In this document: positions 36,201 through 44,984 of the stretch, one piece after another
Layout of the letters: each line of letters starts with the position of its first letter
Numbering within the stretch: the stretch's first letter is position 1
Virus record (IMG/VR): IMGVR_UViG_3300032291_001597
Location: 68,625 to 132,624 of that record
Direction: 5' to 3' (one strand)
Length of the DNA stretch: 64,000 bases
Source: a virus
Notes under the pieces: model-generated
Seen by the model: only the letters and a program-made list of their open reading frames with translations
Told to the model about the DNA's origin: nothing
The model's database searches: none
Translations under genes and position numbers: made by a program

Positions 36201-38549
36201 AATGAAGTAATCAATAGCGAAGAAAAAGTTTTGGAACTTGTGAACCTACAAGCAACTGCTAACGCTCTGAAAGAGAGAGTTGGCCTTATTGCGGGTGGAG
36301 CGGAGTCTGGCTCTAGATTCAGCATTCCTCTAGTCATACCAGAAGACCACGAGTCTGGCGATGGTCGTAAGTTCAAGAAGGGCGCTATTAGTTGGCGCGA
36401 ACTTCCACTACCTCTTATGTGGCAAATTCAGACTGCTGACGGTCACCAAGGTTCTGTAGTTGTCGGTCGAATCGACAGTATGGAAAGAACTGAAAAAGGT
36501 ATCGGAAACTGCTACGGAGTATTCGACACTGGGTCTCACGCTAGAGAAGTAGAGAGACTAATTCGCAATGGTTTCGTTCGTGGAGTGTCTGCCGACATGG
36601 ACCAATTTGAGGCAACCGAACACAGCGAAAAGGAAGATGAAGACACCGCTTCCAAAAACTCAAAGTCCGTGGGCAAGGGTAAAATTATTATAGATAAGGC
36701 TCGCATTATGGGCATAACTATTGTTGCCAAGCCTGCCTTCCAAGAGTGCAAGATTCTTTTGCTAAACGAAGCAGAAGATACCACCGATAATCAACAGGAG
36801 GAAAACGTGATTCCACAAGACGGAATCTACGCGGACGACGCTGATTTCAACGATGCCGAAAGCCTAGTGGCTTGCGGTTTTGTTGCAGGCGCTATCCCCG
36901 TATCACCGCCTGCTAATTGGTTCAAAAACCCAAAACTGACCAAAGCGACGCCTCTCACTGTTGATGACACTGGTAGGGTCTATGGTCACATTGCTTCATG
37001 GGACACGAACCACATTGGTATGGCTTATGGCACCCGTCCGCCACGTAGCAAGAGTGGATATGCTTACTTCCACACTGGCGTGGTCAGGACTGAAGATGGT
37101 GCTGACATTCCAGTAGGACAACTAACTCTTGCTGGAGGACACGCTTCGCTAGAAGCAAGCGCAATGGAAGCAGTCAAGCACTATGACGACACCGCTTCGT
37201 CTGTGGCAGACGTTCACGCTGGAGAGGACTCATACGGCATTTGGGTTGCTGGTGCTCTCCGCCCTGGAACTCAGCCTGAGCAGATTCGCGCTCTCCGTGC
37301 GTCCGCACCTTCGGGTGACTGGCGTCCAATTCGTGGCTCGCTAGAACTTGTTGCCGTATGTCAGGTCAATGTTCCAGGCTTCCCGATTGCCCGTGCTCGC
37401 GTTGCGTCTGGTGCTGTTATGGCATTGGTTGCGGCAGGTGCTGCTACTTTGGCAAGGATGAAGGGTAGCCCTGTAGACGAGTTATCTGACCGTCTAAACG
37501 CTATCGAGCAACTAGTTGCTGGGCAGAAGAATGAAGAGTTGTCGGCTAAGGTCGCAGAACTTTCTGCTCGCGTAAAGTCCGAAGAAGAGTTCCAGTATGA
37601 CGACCAGTTCGCTTTTATTTCTCGCAAAACGAGAGAGAAGTTGGCTGAAGAAGGTAAGGCACTGCCAGACGGCTCTTACCCGATTCGTAACGTCGCTGAC
37701 TTGAAGAACGCTATTCAGGCTTACGGTCGCGCTAAGAACAAGTCGGCTGCTAGAAAGCACATCGAAAAGCGTGCTCGCGCTCTAAAAAAGGGTGACCTCA
37801 TTCCGCAAGAGTGGAGCACCGCTTCTATCGACGAAGAGGCTTTGGTCTCTAGCGCAGATGACTTGAGAGCAAGAATTGCCAGTGCTCAGGGCCGCTTGGG
37901 AAAAGCATTAGCGGTTGAGTCTCCTAAACAGGGAGATGAGTTTATTCCTTACACCGACGAACAGGGCGAAGTTCTACCAGAAGTGGTAGATGGAGTCCCA
38001 GAAAACGCTCCTACTGTAAAGAGCGGAAGTCGCGCTAAAGGCGTATACACTCCCCAGACTCAACCGCGTGACGAGGCTGGTAAGTTCCGCAAGGTTCTTG
38101 CTCGCCTAAAGCAAGACCTAGGTGTTGCTGGTCTTCAAAAAGTTGTGGAAGAAGCCAAGTATATTGACAAACTACATGAAGTAGGTAACTACGCTGAGGC
38201 CGCTGGCGCAGGCGTCAAGTTACTGGACATTGTGGACCGTCTAGATGCTGGTGCCCTAAACAAAATTTCGTTGGAGAACGTCCGTTCTTCAGCGGCAGAA
38301 CTTGGAAAAGTTATTGCTAACCTACCTCTGGGATTTAACAACCAGAATGAAAAGGTTCGTTACAGCGACTTGCCACCTGCACTTCGCGATTTGATGGATT
38401 CAATGGTCGAACGTGTAGAAGCCAAGATTGGTAAGAAAGACGCGGATATCGCTACTAAGGCTCTTATGAGTTTTAAGAGCGGTTCTGACGTTTTCAGTCA
38501 AGGTGAGATTTCGGCAGAAATGTCAAAACTCCTGAGATTGCTTACTTAA
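33219..38549 (+). CDS. Capsid maturation protease polyprotein (1776 aa) with many accessory head domains including a DUF6582-like domain
   Basis: Prohead protease motifs GHQGSVVVGRI and GVSAD (~36310-36760); second conserved domain GRVYGH..HYDDT..GEDSYGIWVAG..SGDWR..PGFP; ALPDGSYPIRNVADLKNAIQAYGR; immediately upstream of the capsid gene. Confidence 0.85.
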   Translation: MSHFLGRHNSLLLFSNETHSVVIDETVGLVVEIGETPSLIASADWILSEETYDEASIVDLAEVALSRVKIDSLTASARLYTIPSGVQSEAKKALEWRKEEKRGGTPVGLNTARTLAKGGQIGIEKVRHIAKYFPRHEVDKKGKGWRPGEDNFPSNGRIAWALWGGDAGWRWAKAIVEREDKKSLRADAYPMPELEDFKVSYELDESVAPEFMARVRLDGSGIDRIYKVDIDGHVFAWDDGTWDDLGHADGDIWTYDRALDDAYDTVPKEHILIDPESALIICAKLQAKPFDKVTILEIDEEEAMLAAGAVAGEDWDFIDYAVTAAGEDPIGATVQNPNNLPADGTAGYTPADRSKNAAKQVRDARGLFAAQGNKVSVVGRPNGVITAINAANKTVTVKHDDGTSSTVPATDTRKLEEPKAQVTGRSDFEPDPNEIAPMDTRGILGEPRTPINQPKAHLPGTLPPLTRNDLASILADYPAWVASQRNSFKPLGTGTGTGTGTGTGTGTGTGTGTGINTGGAPTGTPTSNLRSGEKPYFNPKTPYDTAPRSRLDTGETGKFLENLTGIKQKPGDYDAYKHPLLKDWLNKTVKKDGKTYTPNALWYQPITSAAEAEVKEAVKEETAEERPVGEKKVSDVQPLYLAIVAPDDPRAVLDLVSIVPAGVTSNQPMTYVRKDKKWVRDAKYLDDLRSATPPPVVPMDNETLNDVLTQIDGLVASAYSQALMVLFGPNPAVMEAFENDYLEEIFPDFESLLAAGGLDRNRGGAEALRRYWTTGKGATKIRWGTPGDWKRCVRYLGKYLGVRSKGYCQLRHKEATGVYTGSRLNPGNENSSQEFLMEEVWGENIGEPTKITEKDLLMPLPEIMGEKDDIYDHHWEPEEEIVAGLKTLNDFSDEEFEVLVAGARPPSGYNIDRNRRSAEKLRRYWTKGRGAAKIRWNTGGDWTRCVRYLSKYIGPRARGYCALRHKEVTGLWTGDKAHLKMYGGRTRGGRNVFSNEVINSEEKVLELVNLQATANALKERVGLIAGGAESGSRFSIPLVIPEDHESGDGRKFKKGAISWRELPLPLMWQIQTADGHQGSVVVGRIDSMERTEKGIGNCYGVFDTGSHAREVERLIRNGFVRGVSADMDQFEATEHSEKEDEDTASKNSKSVGKGKIIIDKARIMGITIVAKPAFQECKILLLNEAEDTTDNQQEENVIPQDGIYADDADFNDAESLVACGFVAGAIPVSPPANWFKNPKLTKATPLTVDDTGRVYGHIASWDTNHIGMAYGTRPPRSKSGYAYFHTGVVRTEDGADIPVGQLTLAGGHASLEASAMEAVKHYDDTASSVADVHAGEDSYGIWVAGALRPGTQPEQIRALRASAPSGDWRPIRGSLELVAVCQVNVPGFPIARARVASGAVMALVAAGAATLARMKGSPVDELSDRLNAIEQLVAGQKNEELSAKVAELSARVKSEEEFQYDDQFAFISRKTREKLAEEGKALPDGSYPIRNVADLKNAIQAYGRAKNKSAARKHIEKRARALKKGDLIPQEWSTASIDEEALVSSADDLRARIASAQGRLGKALAVESPKQGDEFIPYTDEQGEVLPEVVDGVPENAPTVKSGSRAKGVYTPQTQPRDEAGKFRKVLARLKQDLGVAGLQKVVEEAKYIDKLHEVGNYAEAAGAGVKLLDIVDRLDAGALNKISLENVRSSAAELGKVIANLPLGFNNQNEKVRYSDLPPALRDLMDSMVERVEAKIGKKDADIATKALMSFKSGSDVFSQGEISAEMSKLLRLLT
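34692..34760 (+). repeat. Perfect in-frame hexamer repeat (GGAACT)x11.5 encoding (Gly-Thr)11-Gly
   Basis: Counted directly: 69 nt. Confidence 0.97.
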
Positions 38550-38573
38550 ATAATAACCAATAGAAATCTATTG

Positions 38574-38692
38574 TAAAATAAAGACTAGGTGGAGTGCCTC
38601 CACGCCCAGTTGCGTGCGTAGTCCCTTTTCACCTTGTACCGAAAGCGAATGAGTGAAATCCGCTCATTTACAACTGTCCTTAGGAGGCACAG
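38574..38692 (+). promoter_or_regulatory. -10 box (TAAAAT 38574-38579) and structured 5' leader of the capsid gene
   Basis: Helices GACTA/TAGTC, GTGGAG/CTCCAC, AATGAGTG/CGCTCATT and an SD-occluding CTGTCCT/AGGcACAG. Confidence 0.55.
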
Positions 38693-40746
38693 TGGACCAG
38701 ATTAAATCGCAAGTAGATAATCTGTCTGAACTCAGCGACGAGCAAGTCGCCGAACTACAGCAGGCTATCGTTAGCGAATTTGAATCGGTTGAGGGTCAAG
38801 ACCCTACTCCAGAGTCAGTTGACGCTATGACCGCTCTTGCAGACATGCTAGACACCGTTCGCGGTGAAGGCGTACGTCGCGAAGCAGCAGCCGAGGAACT
38901 CGCATCGCGAGCAGCCGAAGCCGCTATGCGCGTGCGTGGCGAGGGCGAGGAGAAAGCAGGAGAAGAAGAGATGATTCCAACCGAAGGTGAAATGCCAGTT
39001 ATGGGAGAGGACGCAGTTCCTATGCCAGTCGACGAGGTAGCACCACTAGAAGAGGAAACACCTGTTGTTCCTGCGGAAGATGACAAGCCAGAAGAGGCAA
39101 TGGGCGATATGCCAGTTGTCGACGAGGACAAGGAAGAAATTTCCGCTGTCACTACTCCTGAGGAAGAGGACAAGGGGAAGCACGCTGGTGCTTATGCCGC
39201 TGACTCAACCGAAGCGTCTGCTACTACTGACGAGAATACTGAATTCTCAACCGACACACAGGGCGAGGTCGTTGTTTCGACTGAGTCTGAGCAACCAACT
39301 GAAGCAGTAACTGCTTCGACCGAAGCCGTAGAAGAGTTCTCGGCAGAGGAAATTTCAACCCCAATCGCTCAAGCAGAGCAGGAAGAGCAGGCACCCGTGA
39401 CCGCCGCAGCCGATGAGACTCCAGTAGTCCCCGCTGACCGCCAGCCTGTAATCGAAGTTTCAGAGTCTTATGCAAAGGTGGCAATCACCGCAGGCGCTGA
39501 CATCCCAGGTTACACCGCAGGTAGCACAATTGACAGCGTCTCAGACGTCGCTGTCGCAATGGAGAAGAGAATTCACTCTCTTCGCCGTGTAAACGGAGGA
39601 GATGGAGAGCAGCACATCGTTGCATCTTTCACCACCTCTTACCCAGAGGAGAGAACCCTCACCACCGACGCCGAGTCGAACCAACTAAAGATTAGCGCTG
39701 TTGCAGGCCCTGAGGCACTTGTTGCTTCTGGTGGTCACGCTACGCCATTCGAGGTTAAGTACGACATTTTCGGTCTAGGTTCTACCACTGACCGTCCAGT
39801 TCGTGACGCTCTACCGAAGTTCCAGGCTGACCGTGGCGGTATCCGCTTCGTGACTCCTCCTTCGCTAGTCACCTACTCAAGCGGCACTGTCTACAACTAT
39901 GACAGCGCAGTTGGAGTATGGACCGCAGCGAATGACTCGGCTGAGACCCCAAGCCCAGCAGCCAAGGCTAGCCTAACCGTAACAGCAGCAGCAGAGAACA
40001 CCGTCTCAACCGACGCTGTTACCCTACAGTTGCAGTTCGGTAACCTAATGACCCGTGCTTACCCAGAGTTGATTGCTCGTCACAACGAGTTGGCTCTAGT
40101 TCAGCACGCTCGTGAGGCTGAGTTGAACCTAATCAGCAAGATTGGCACCGCTTCGACTGCTGTCAACGCACACGTTGCCACCACTGAGGCTGCTAGCCTG
40201 ATTGGTTTCGCTCGTGACTTCCTAGTACAGGTTCGTAAGGCAGCAGTTGCTTACCGTTCACGTCACCGCATCGACGCTGGAACTCGCCTAAAGGCAATCG
40301 TTCCTGCGTGGATTTTTGACGCAATGGCAGCAGACCTTGCTCTAAACATGCCTGGCGACAACACCCTAGGTGCAGGAAAGGCTGAAATCGAGGGTTACCT
40401 AGCAGGTTCAGCAGTGGACATGGTTCCATCGCTTGACCTCAACTCATTCGGTGCTCAGCAGGGTTCAGCAGCCAAGTTGCTTGAATTCCCTGACCAAATC
40501 ACTTGGTACCTCTTCGCAGAGGGCACCTTCTTGTTCCTCGATGGTGGAACTCTCGACCTAGGTATCATCCGTGACTCATCTCTAGTCGGCACCAACGACT
40601 ACAAGATGTTCATCGAAACCTTCGAGAACGTAGCAAAGGTTGGTATCGAGTCTCTCGCTATCACTTCTTCGCTAAGCATCAACGGTGTAGCCGCAGCACT
40701 GCGCGACACCACTGGTGGCGCAACCGCTGCCGCAATCGAGGAGTAA
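38692..40746 (+). CDS. Major capsid protein with a long acidic N-terminal scaffold/delta region (start likely GTG 38692)
   Basis: SD TAGGAGG; Glu/Pro-rich first ~300 aa; ALVASGG at 39715-39735; C-terminal GTFLFLDGGTLDLGIIRDSSL..ND..F.ETFE motif of actinophage HK97-type capsids. Confidence 0.9.
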   Translation: MDQIKSQVDNLSELSDEQVAELQQAIVSEFESVEGQDPTPESVDAMTALADMLDTVRGEGVRREAAAEELASRAAEAAMRVRGEGEEKAGEEEMIPTEGEMPVMGEDAVPMPVDEVAPLEEETPVVPAEDDKPEEAMGDMPVVDEDKEEISAVTTPEEEDKGKHAGAYAADSTEASATTDENTEFSTDTQGEVVVSTESEQPTEAVTASTEAVEEFSAEEISTPIAQAEQEEQAPVTAAADETPVVPADRQPVIEVSESYAKVAITAGADIPGYTAGSTIDSVSDVAVAMEKRIHSLRRVNGGDGEQHIVASFTTSYPEERTLTTDAESNQLKISAVAGPEALVASGGHATPFEVKYDIFGLGSTTDRPVRDALPKFQADRGGIRFVTPPSLVTYSSGTVYNYDSAVGVWTAANDSAETPSPAAKASLTVTAAAENTVSTDAVTLQLQFGNLMTRAYPELIARHNELALVQHAREAELNLISKIGTASTAVNAHVATTEAASLIGFARDFLVQVRKAAVAYRSRHRIDAGTRLKAIVPAWIFDAMAADLALNMPGDNTLGAGKAEIEGYLAGSAVDMVPSLDLNSFGAQQGSAAKLLEFPDQITWYLFAEGTFLFLDGGTLDLGIIRDSSLVGTNDYKMFIETFENVAKVGIESLAITSSLSINGVAAALRDTTGGATAAAIEE

Positions 40747-40762
40747 AAACTCCCCTTAGGTT

Positions 40763-40792
40763 GGGGTGGGGCTTATTCGTAAGCCTCACCCC
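40763..40792 (+). terminator. GC-rich hairpin with a UUCG loop after the capsid gene (terminator or attenuator)
   Basis: GGGGTGGGGCTTA-TTCG-TAAGCCTCACCCC; no immediate U-tract. Confidence 0.7.
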
Positions 40793-40820
40793 CACCCCCT
40801 AATTTTAGATAAGGAATGAA

Positions 40821-41912
40821 ATGGCTTTCCCAAAGAATGGCGTTGTAGAGGCACCGAAGATTGTGCCCTCCGCTTTTGGCCTACTTGCCGTAGTCAAGCC
40901 TGAGAACTCTAACGATGAAGACCAATGGATTCGTGGCTTTTCGCAAGAATACGAGACTGAACTTTACTCAGCAAAAAACTGGGACGACACTGACACTACT
41001 AGTGGTGTAGTTGTAGCCACAGGTGTCCCTAACTACTTCACTAAAATTGACCCTTTCTTTATTGAAGCAGAAGAATACCGCTCGACTCTAGGCTTCCTAG
41101 GACTAGACAGAATTGCTCGTCTAAAGCGCCAACTCGAAGGCGTCACTCAGCACGCTTTAGAAGCAGAACTTTGGGATGGAACTATCCGAATTAGCGAAAG
41201 CCACCCTAACCGTGCTCTAGTTTCTTCTGGTGTTACTGTGCTCGACGGTACAGGGCTTGCATCAAAGCGTGCTTTGGCAGTGCTAGAAAACGGTATTGGT
41301 TCAGCATCAGATGCTGGCGAGCAGGGAATTATTCACGCTACTCGCGACGTAGTTGCTCTTCTTTCAAGCAACTCAAATATGCTCTTCCACGAAACTGAAA
41401 AAGACCACCTACAAACTATGGGTGGAACTCCTGTCGTCGTTGGTGGCGGCTATAGCGGTAACGGTCCTCGCATTGCTGTCGCTACTGCAACTATTAGCAG
41501 TAACACTACGCTGACTATCAACACGTCGGGCGACCACTACCTGCTTGCAGGCGACACTGTTCGCTACTCTGTTGTCGGAGCAAACATCAACCAGTCTTCT
41601 ACTTCTACAGCAGTCGTCACTAAAGTCGACGCTGACACAGTAACAATTACTATTGCAAGCGCCACTAACCGTGCTCAAGAAGCGGTAACTGGCTATATTC
41701 AGCAGTTGGGAACCAACTCTGCAAAATGGATTTACGGCACAGGGACCGCCCGAGTTTACTTGGGCGATATTGATGTCGTAAACGACAATCTGGCTCAGGC
41801 TTATGATGTGTCGGGTAACGCGAATGACATGAGGCTAAAAGCAATCCGCCCTGCTGCGGTTTACTTCGATACCTCCATCCACCTTGCTGTCAGGGTCGAC
41901 CTAACAGCCTAA
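40821..41912 (+). CDS. Putative head decoration/minor capsid protein with an inserted beta-barrel
   Basis: Position after the capsid gene; insertion GDHYLLAGDTVRYS. Confidence 0.7.
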   Translation: MAFPKNGVVEAPKIVPSAFGLLAVVKPENSNDEDQWIRGFSQEYETELYSAKNWDDTDTTSGVVVATGVPNYFTKIDPFFIEAEEYRSTLGFLGLDRIARLKRQLEGVTQHALEAELWDGTIRISESHPNRALVSSGVTVLDGTGLASKRALAVLENGIGSASDAGEQGIIHATRDVVALLSSNSNMLFHETEKDHLQTMGGTPVVVGGGYSGNGPRIAVATATISSNTTLTINTSGDHYLLAGDTVRYSVVGANINQSSTSTAVVTKVDADTVTITIASATNRAQEAVTGYIQQLGTNSAKWIYGTGTARVYLGDIDVVNDNLAQAYDVSGNANDMRLKAIRPAAVYFDTSIHLAVRVDLTA

Positions 41913-41933
41913 ACCAAAGGAGAATAGTCCTAA

Positions 41934-43061
41934 ATGGCTACTCAAGAATATGCTGCTAGCATCCAGGGTGTGTCAATTCGTGTCACCCGCCTAGACGCTA
42001 ACGGTAACTTACTAAACGGCGCTGGTGATTCATACACCACGTCAGCATTTATGCGTGTTTCGTTCACTCCAGAATATGAAGAGGGCGACGAAATCACCGA
42101 GAAGAACGCTAACGGCGTTGTTTGTGTGACCTACAAGTCTCCAGACACCCTAAAGCGTATTACTATGGAACTTGCCATCTGTGAGCCAGACCCAGAAATC
42201 TCTGCTCTAATTTCAGGTGGTTTGTTGCTTCGCAAGAACCTAGGAACCTTTGCTAACCCAGACCTAAAGTCTGTCGGTTGGGCATCTCCTGGTGTTGGTG
42301 ACGACCCTGCTGGTAACGGTGTTGCGATTGAGGCTTGGTCTCACGCAATCGCTAACGGTAAGAAGGCTTCTAACCTTCCTTACTTCCACTGGGTATTCCC
42401 ATACGCTAAGTTGCGTCAGTCGGGTGACCGTGTAATTGAGAATGGTATGCTCGCTACCACTTTCGAAGGCTACGGTCTTGGAAACACTCAGTTCCTATCT
42501 GGTCCAGACGGACGCTGGGAGTTCCCAGTTGCCGCAGAGCGTCCATACTCTTATGCACGTACTGATTGGGCACCTACTGGCTTGAAGGGCTTCTACACTT
42601 GGTCTGACAATGCCACCAACCCAATGTACTTCACTAAGGCTGGCGTAATTGACGCATCAACTATCACCATCTCTGGCGCTACTATTACCGCCAACACTAC
42701 TAACGCAGTTGTCACCTTCTCTGGTGCACACGCTCTAGTTGCTAGCGATGTTGTGAAGGTTGAGAACCTTGGCGTTGACTTCAACACTGACAGTGTCGTT
42801 TTGACTTCTGTAAACGCTGCTGCCAACACCATCACTTACACCATCCCTGGTAGCGCTCCAGCAGCAAACGTAACCGCTACCGTAGGAAACACTGCTCGAA
42901 TCGTTGTTATCAACAGCGTGACCGAAGTGCCTTCATACAACGTAGTTACTACCTTGCCTAACTCAAACACCACTGGTTACAACGTCCCTGGTAACGTCGC
43001 CTTCAATGCTGATGCTGCTATCGACCGTGTAATCACCTCTAACGAGGACCCAACCGCTTAG
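41934..43061 (+). CDS. Major tail (tube) protein with a C-terminal accessory domain
   Basis: EYEEGDEITEKNANG..C, LAICEPDPE, YFHWVFP motifs; SD AAAGGAG. Confidence 0.85.
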   Translation: MATQEYAASIQGVSIRVTRLDANGNLLNGAGDSYTTSAFMRVSFTPEYEEGDEITEKNANGVVCVTYKSPDTLKRITMELAICEPDPEISALISGGLLLRKNLGTFANPDLKSVGWASPGVGDDPAGNGVAIEAWSHAIANGKKASNLPYFHWVFPYAKLRQSGDRVIENGMLATTFEGYGLGNTQFLSGPDGRWEFPVAAERPYSYARTDWAPTGLKGFYTWSDNATNPMYFTKAGVIDASTITISGATITANTTNAVVTFSGAHALVASDVVKVENLGVDFNTDSVVLTSVNAAANTITYTIPGSAPAANVTATVGNTARIVVINSVTEVPSYNVVTTLPNSNTTGYNVPGNVAFNADAAIDRVITSNEDPTA

Positions 43062-43072
43062 TAGTTGGTTGA

Positions 43073-43116
43073 TACGGGCGGCACGAGTTGTAGAAATACA
43101 AAGCGTGTCGCCCGTA
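43073..43116 (+). terminator. Long hairpin with a GAAA loop after the tail tube gene
   Basis: TACGGGCGGCACG..TTGTA-GAAA-TACAA..CGTGTCGCCCGTA. Confidence 0.75.
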
Positions 43117-43141
43117 ACACTAGTGAGAGATATAGATATTT

Positions 43142-44248
43142 ATGACTGCATTATGGGTACAACCTAGTGACCTAGGTGACTACGAACTAACCGAGTATGC
43201 CCAAGAAGCCTGCGAAACCGCATCATTTTTGATGTGGGCTTTGTCTGGTCGTAAATACACTGGAACCACCACCGTTACCGAGCGTTACGTTTGCGCTAAG
43301 CGTGCCTACCGTCTTGGCGCATCTTCTCGCAACTACGGCGGTATTTTGGTTGGTGGCGAGGTCTACAACATCCCAATCAATGACTTTGATAACTATGCCG
43401 AACTAGTCGCCGATGGCCTAGCCCCTGAATCTAGAATTCGTCTACGCGGTAAAAATGTTACAAAAATCCACGCTGTTAGAGACAGAACTGGAAACATTCT
43501 CGACCCTTCTACTTACTACTTAGTAGACCATTCGGTCCTACAGGCAACCGCTGGAGTTCCTTGGACTCCTTGTAACGTAGAAATTACTTACACTTATGGC
43601 TCTCCAGTCCCTGCTGCTGGTCGTATGGCTGCTAGAACTTTGGCTTTAGAATTCGCTCGACTATGGTCTGGCGACGACGACTGTGCTCTCCCGCAACGCG
43701 TTACTTCTATCTCACGTCAGGGAGTTTCCTACACGCTTTTAGACAGTCAAGACTTTATTGACGATATGCGTACTGGCGTCTATGCCGTTGACCTATTCCT
43801 AAAGTCAGTAAACCCTGATGGAGCCAAGCGTCGCTCAAAAGTGTTTTCACCTGACGTGCCACGCGCTCGCAGATACACTCCTAAAGCACTCCCACTAACC
43901 GCAAACACCAAACTAGACCTTAGTGTTGTAAAGACCACTCCAGCAACTTGGAACTCTAATACCGCTACCGCAGATGTGACCATTTTCTTTGACGAAGTTG
44001 GTTGGACCCCACAACTGACCTTGTCTAACTATGGAGGCACTAAATCAGTGAATGTGTCTAGTTCAAATATCACGGTGAACAACGCTAGTGAAAGAATTAC
44101 TTTTTCAATCCCTTATGCGGACGCTTACAACGCACTAGGAATCATAGACCCTGGAACATGGACACTCTACGCCACAAAAACGGTGGGAAACGTAGATACT
44201 GTCTCCGAAGTAGTTACTGGGAACTTAACCATCAAGTTATACAACTAA
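43142..44248 (+). CDS. Head-to-tail adaptor with an extra C-terminal beta-rich domain
   Basis: AS..MWALSGRKY, CALPQRVTSISRQGVSY, TGVYAVDLFL..VNP, SPD motifs. Confidence 0.8.
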   Translation: MTALWVQPSDLGDYELTEYAQEACETASFLMWALSGRKYTGTTTVTERYVCAKRAYRLGASSRNYGGILVGGEVYNIPINDFDNYAELVADGLAPESRIRLRGKNVTKIHAVRDRTGNILDPSTYYLVDHSVLQATAGVPWTPCNVEITYTYGSPVPAAGRMAARTLALEFARLWSGDDDCALPQRVTSISRQGVSYTLLDSQDFIDDMRTGVYAVDLFLKSVNPDGAKRRSKVFSPDVPRARRYTPKALPLTANTKLDLSVVKTTPATWNSNTATADVTIFFDEVGWTPQLTLSNYGGTKSVNVSSSNITVNNASERITFSIPYADAYNALGIIDPGTWTLYATKTVGNVDTVSEVVTGNLTIKLYN

Positions 44249-44265
44249 TAAAGAAAGAGGAAAAA

Positions 44266-44469
44266 ATGGCAGGATTTATGACTAACTTCCGCGCTGAAGA
44301 CATGCCAGGTCGACCAAAGAAGACCGTAGCAAAGAAGCCAGCAGCGAAGAAGCCAGAACCAAAGCCCGTTGTAGTTGAGCCAGTGGTAGAAGCAGAAGTA
44401 AAGACTGCTAAGCCAGAGGTTAAGCGCACAACTGGTGGTGGCGGAACCACCGCATTGGTAGCGGAGTAA
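44266..44469 (+). CDS. 67-aa low-complexity Lys/Pro/Val-rich protein
   Basis: SD AAAGAGG before ATG 44266. Confidence 0.7.
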   Translation: MAGFMTNFRAEDMPGRPKKTVAKKPAAKKPEPKPVVVEPVVEAEVKTAKPEVKRTTGGGGTTALVAE

Positions 44470-44476
44470 CAAAAAA

Positions 44477-44983
44477 ATGGCGACTGAAATCGATAACTGG
44501 GGTGTCTCTGCTGACGCCATGAACCTCAAGGAATTCTTAGAAGGAGTCCTTGAGCGCGTTGTCAACACTTTTCAGTCTTACAATGTCAACTTACCAGCGC
44601 GTCAGTATTGGAATATGGGACAGCCAGCCGTGGATTGTGAGCAGTTGGTTGTTTCGTATCTCCAAATGTATCTAGGAACACCCGGTGCCGAAATCTCTCA
44701 GCCTATGAGGTGTCACGTTCCTAGAAGCGCAACTTTAAATATTTCTATCTCTAGAGCCACTCCCGTAGTTAGCCAGAACGGTAGACCTCCTTCGGCAGAC
44801 AAAGTCGAAGCAGCCTCTACAATGCTGGCAATCGACTCTTGGGTTTTGATGCAGTCAATCAATGAGTTAGACCAGTGGGATGACACTGGATTTGGTATTG
44901 GGGTAATTGCTACTTCTGAAGTTGGAGAGCCTCAGGGTGGATTCCAAACCGTTTCCCTAAACATCACTATGGCGGTCCCATAA
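44477..44983 (+). CDS. Putative tail terminator/completion protein
   Basis: Position; DCEQLVVS..GEPQGG pattern. Confidence 0.65.
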   Translation: MATEIDNWGVSADAMNLKEFLEGVLERVVNTFQSYNVNLPARQYWNMGQPAVDCEQLVVSYLQMYLGTPGAEISQPMRCHVPRSATLNISISRATPVVSQNGRPPSADKVEAASTMLAIDSWVLMQSINELDQWDDTGFGIGVIATSEVGEPQGGFQTVSLNITMAVP

Positions 44984-44984
44984 A

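Noticed and set aside
38653-38691. Longer capsid start (GTG 38653) given in the ORF track
   Set aside because: It lies inside a leader hairpin with no SD; the GTG at 38692 has a perfect TAGGAGG.
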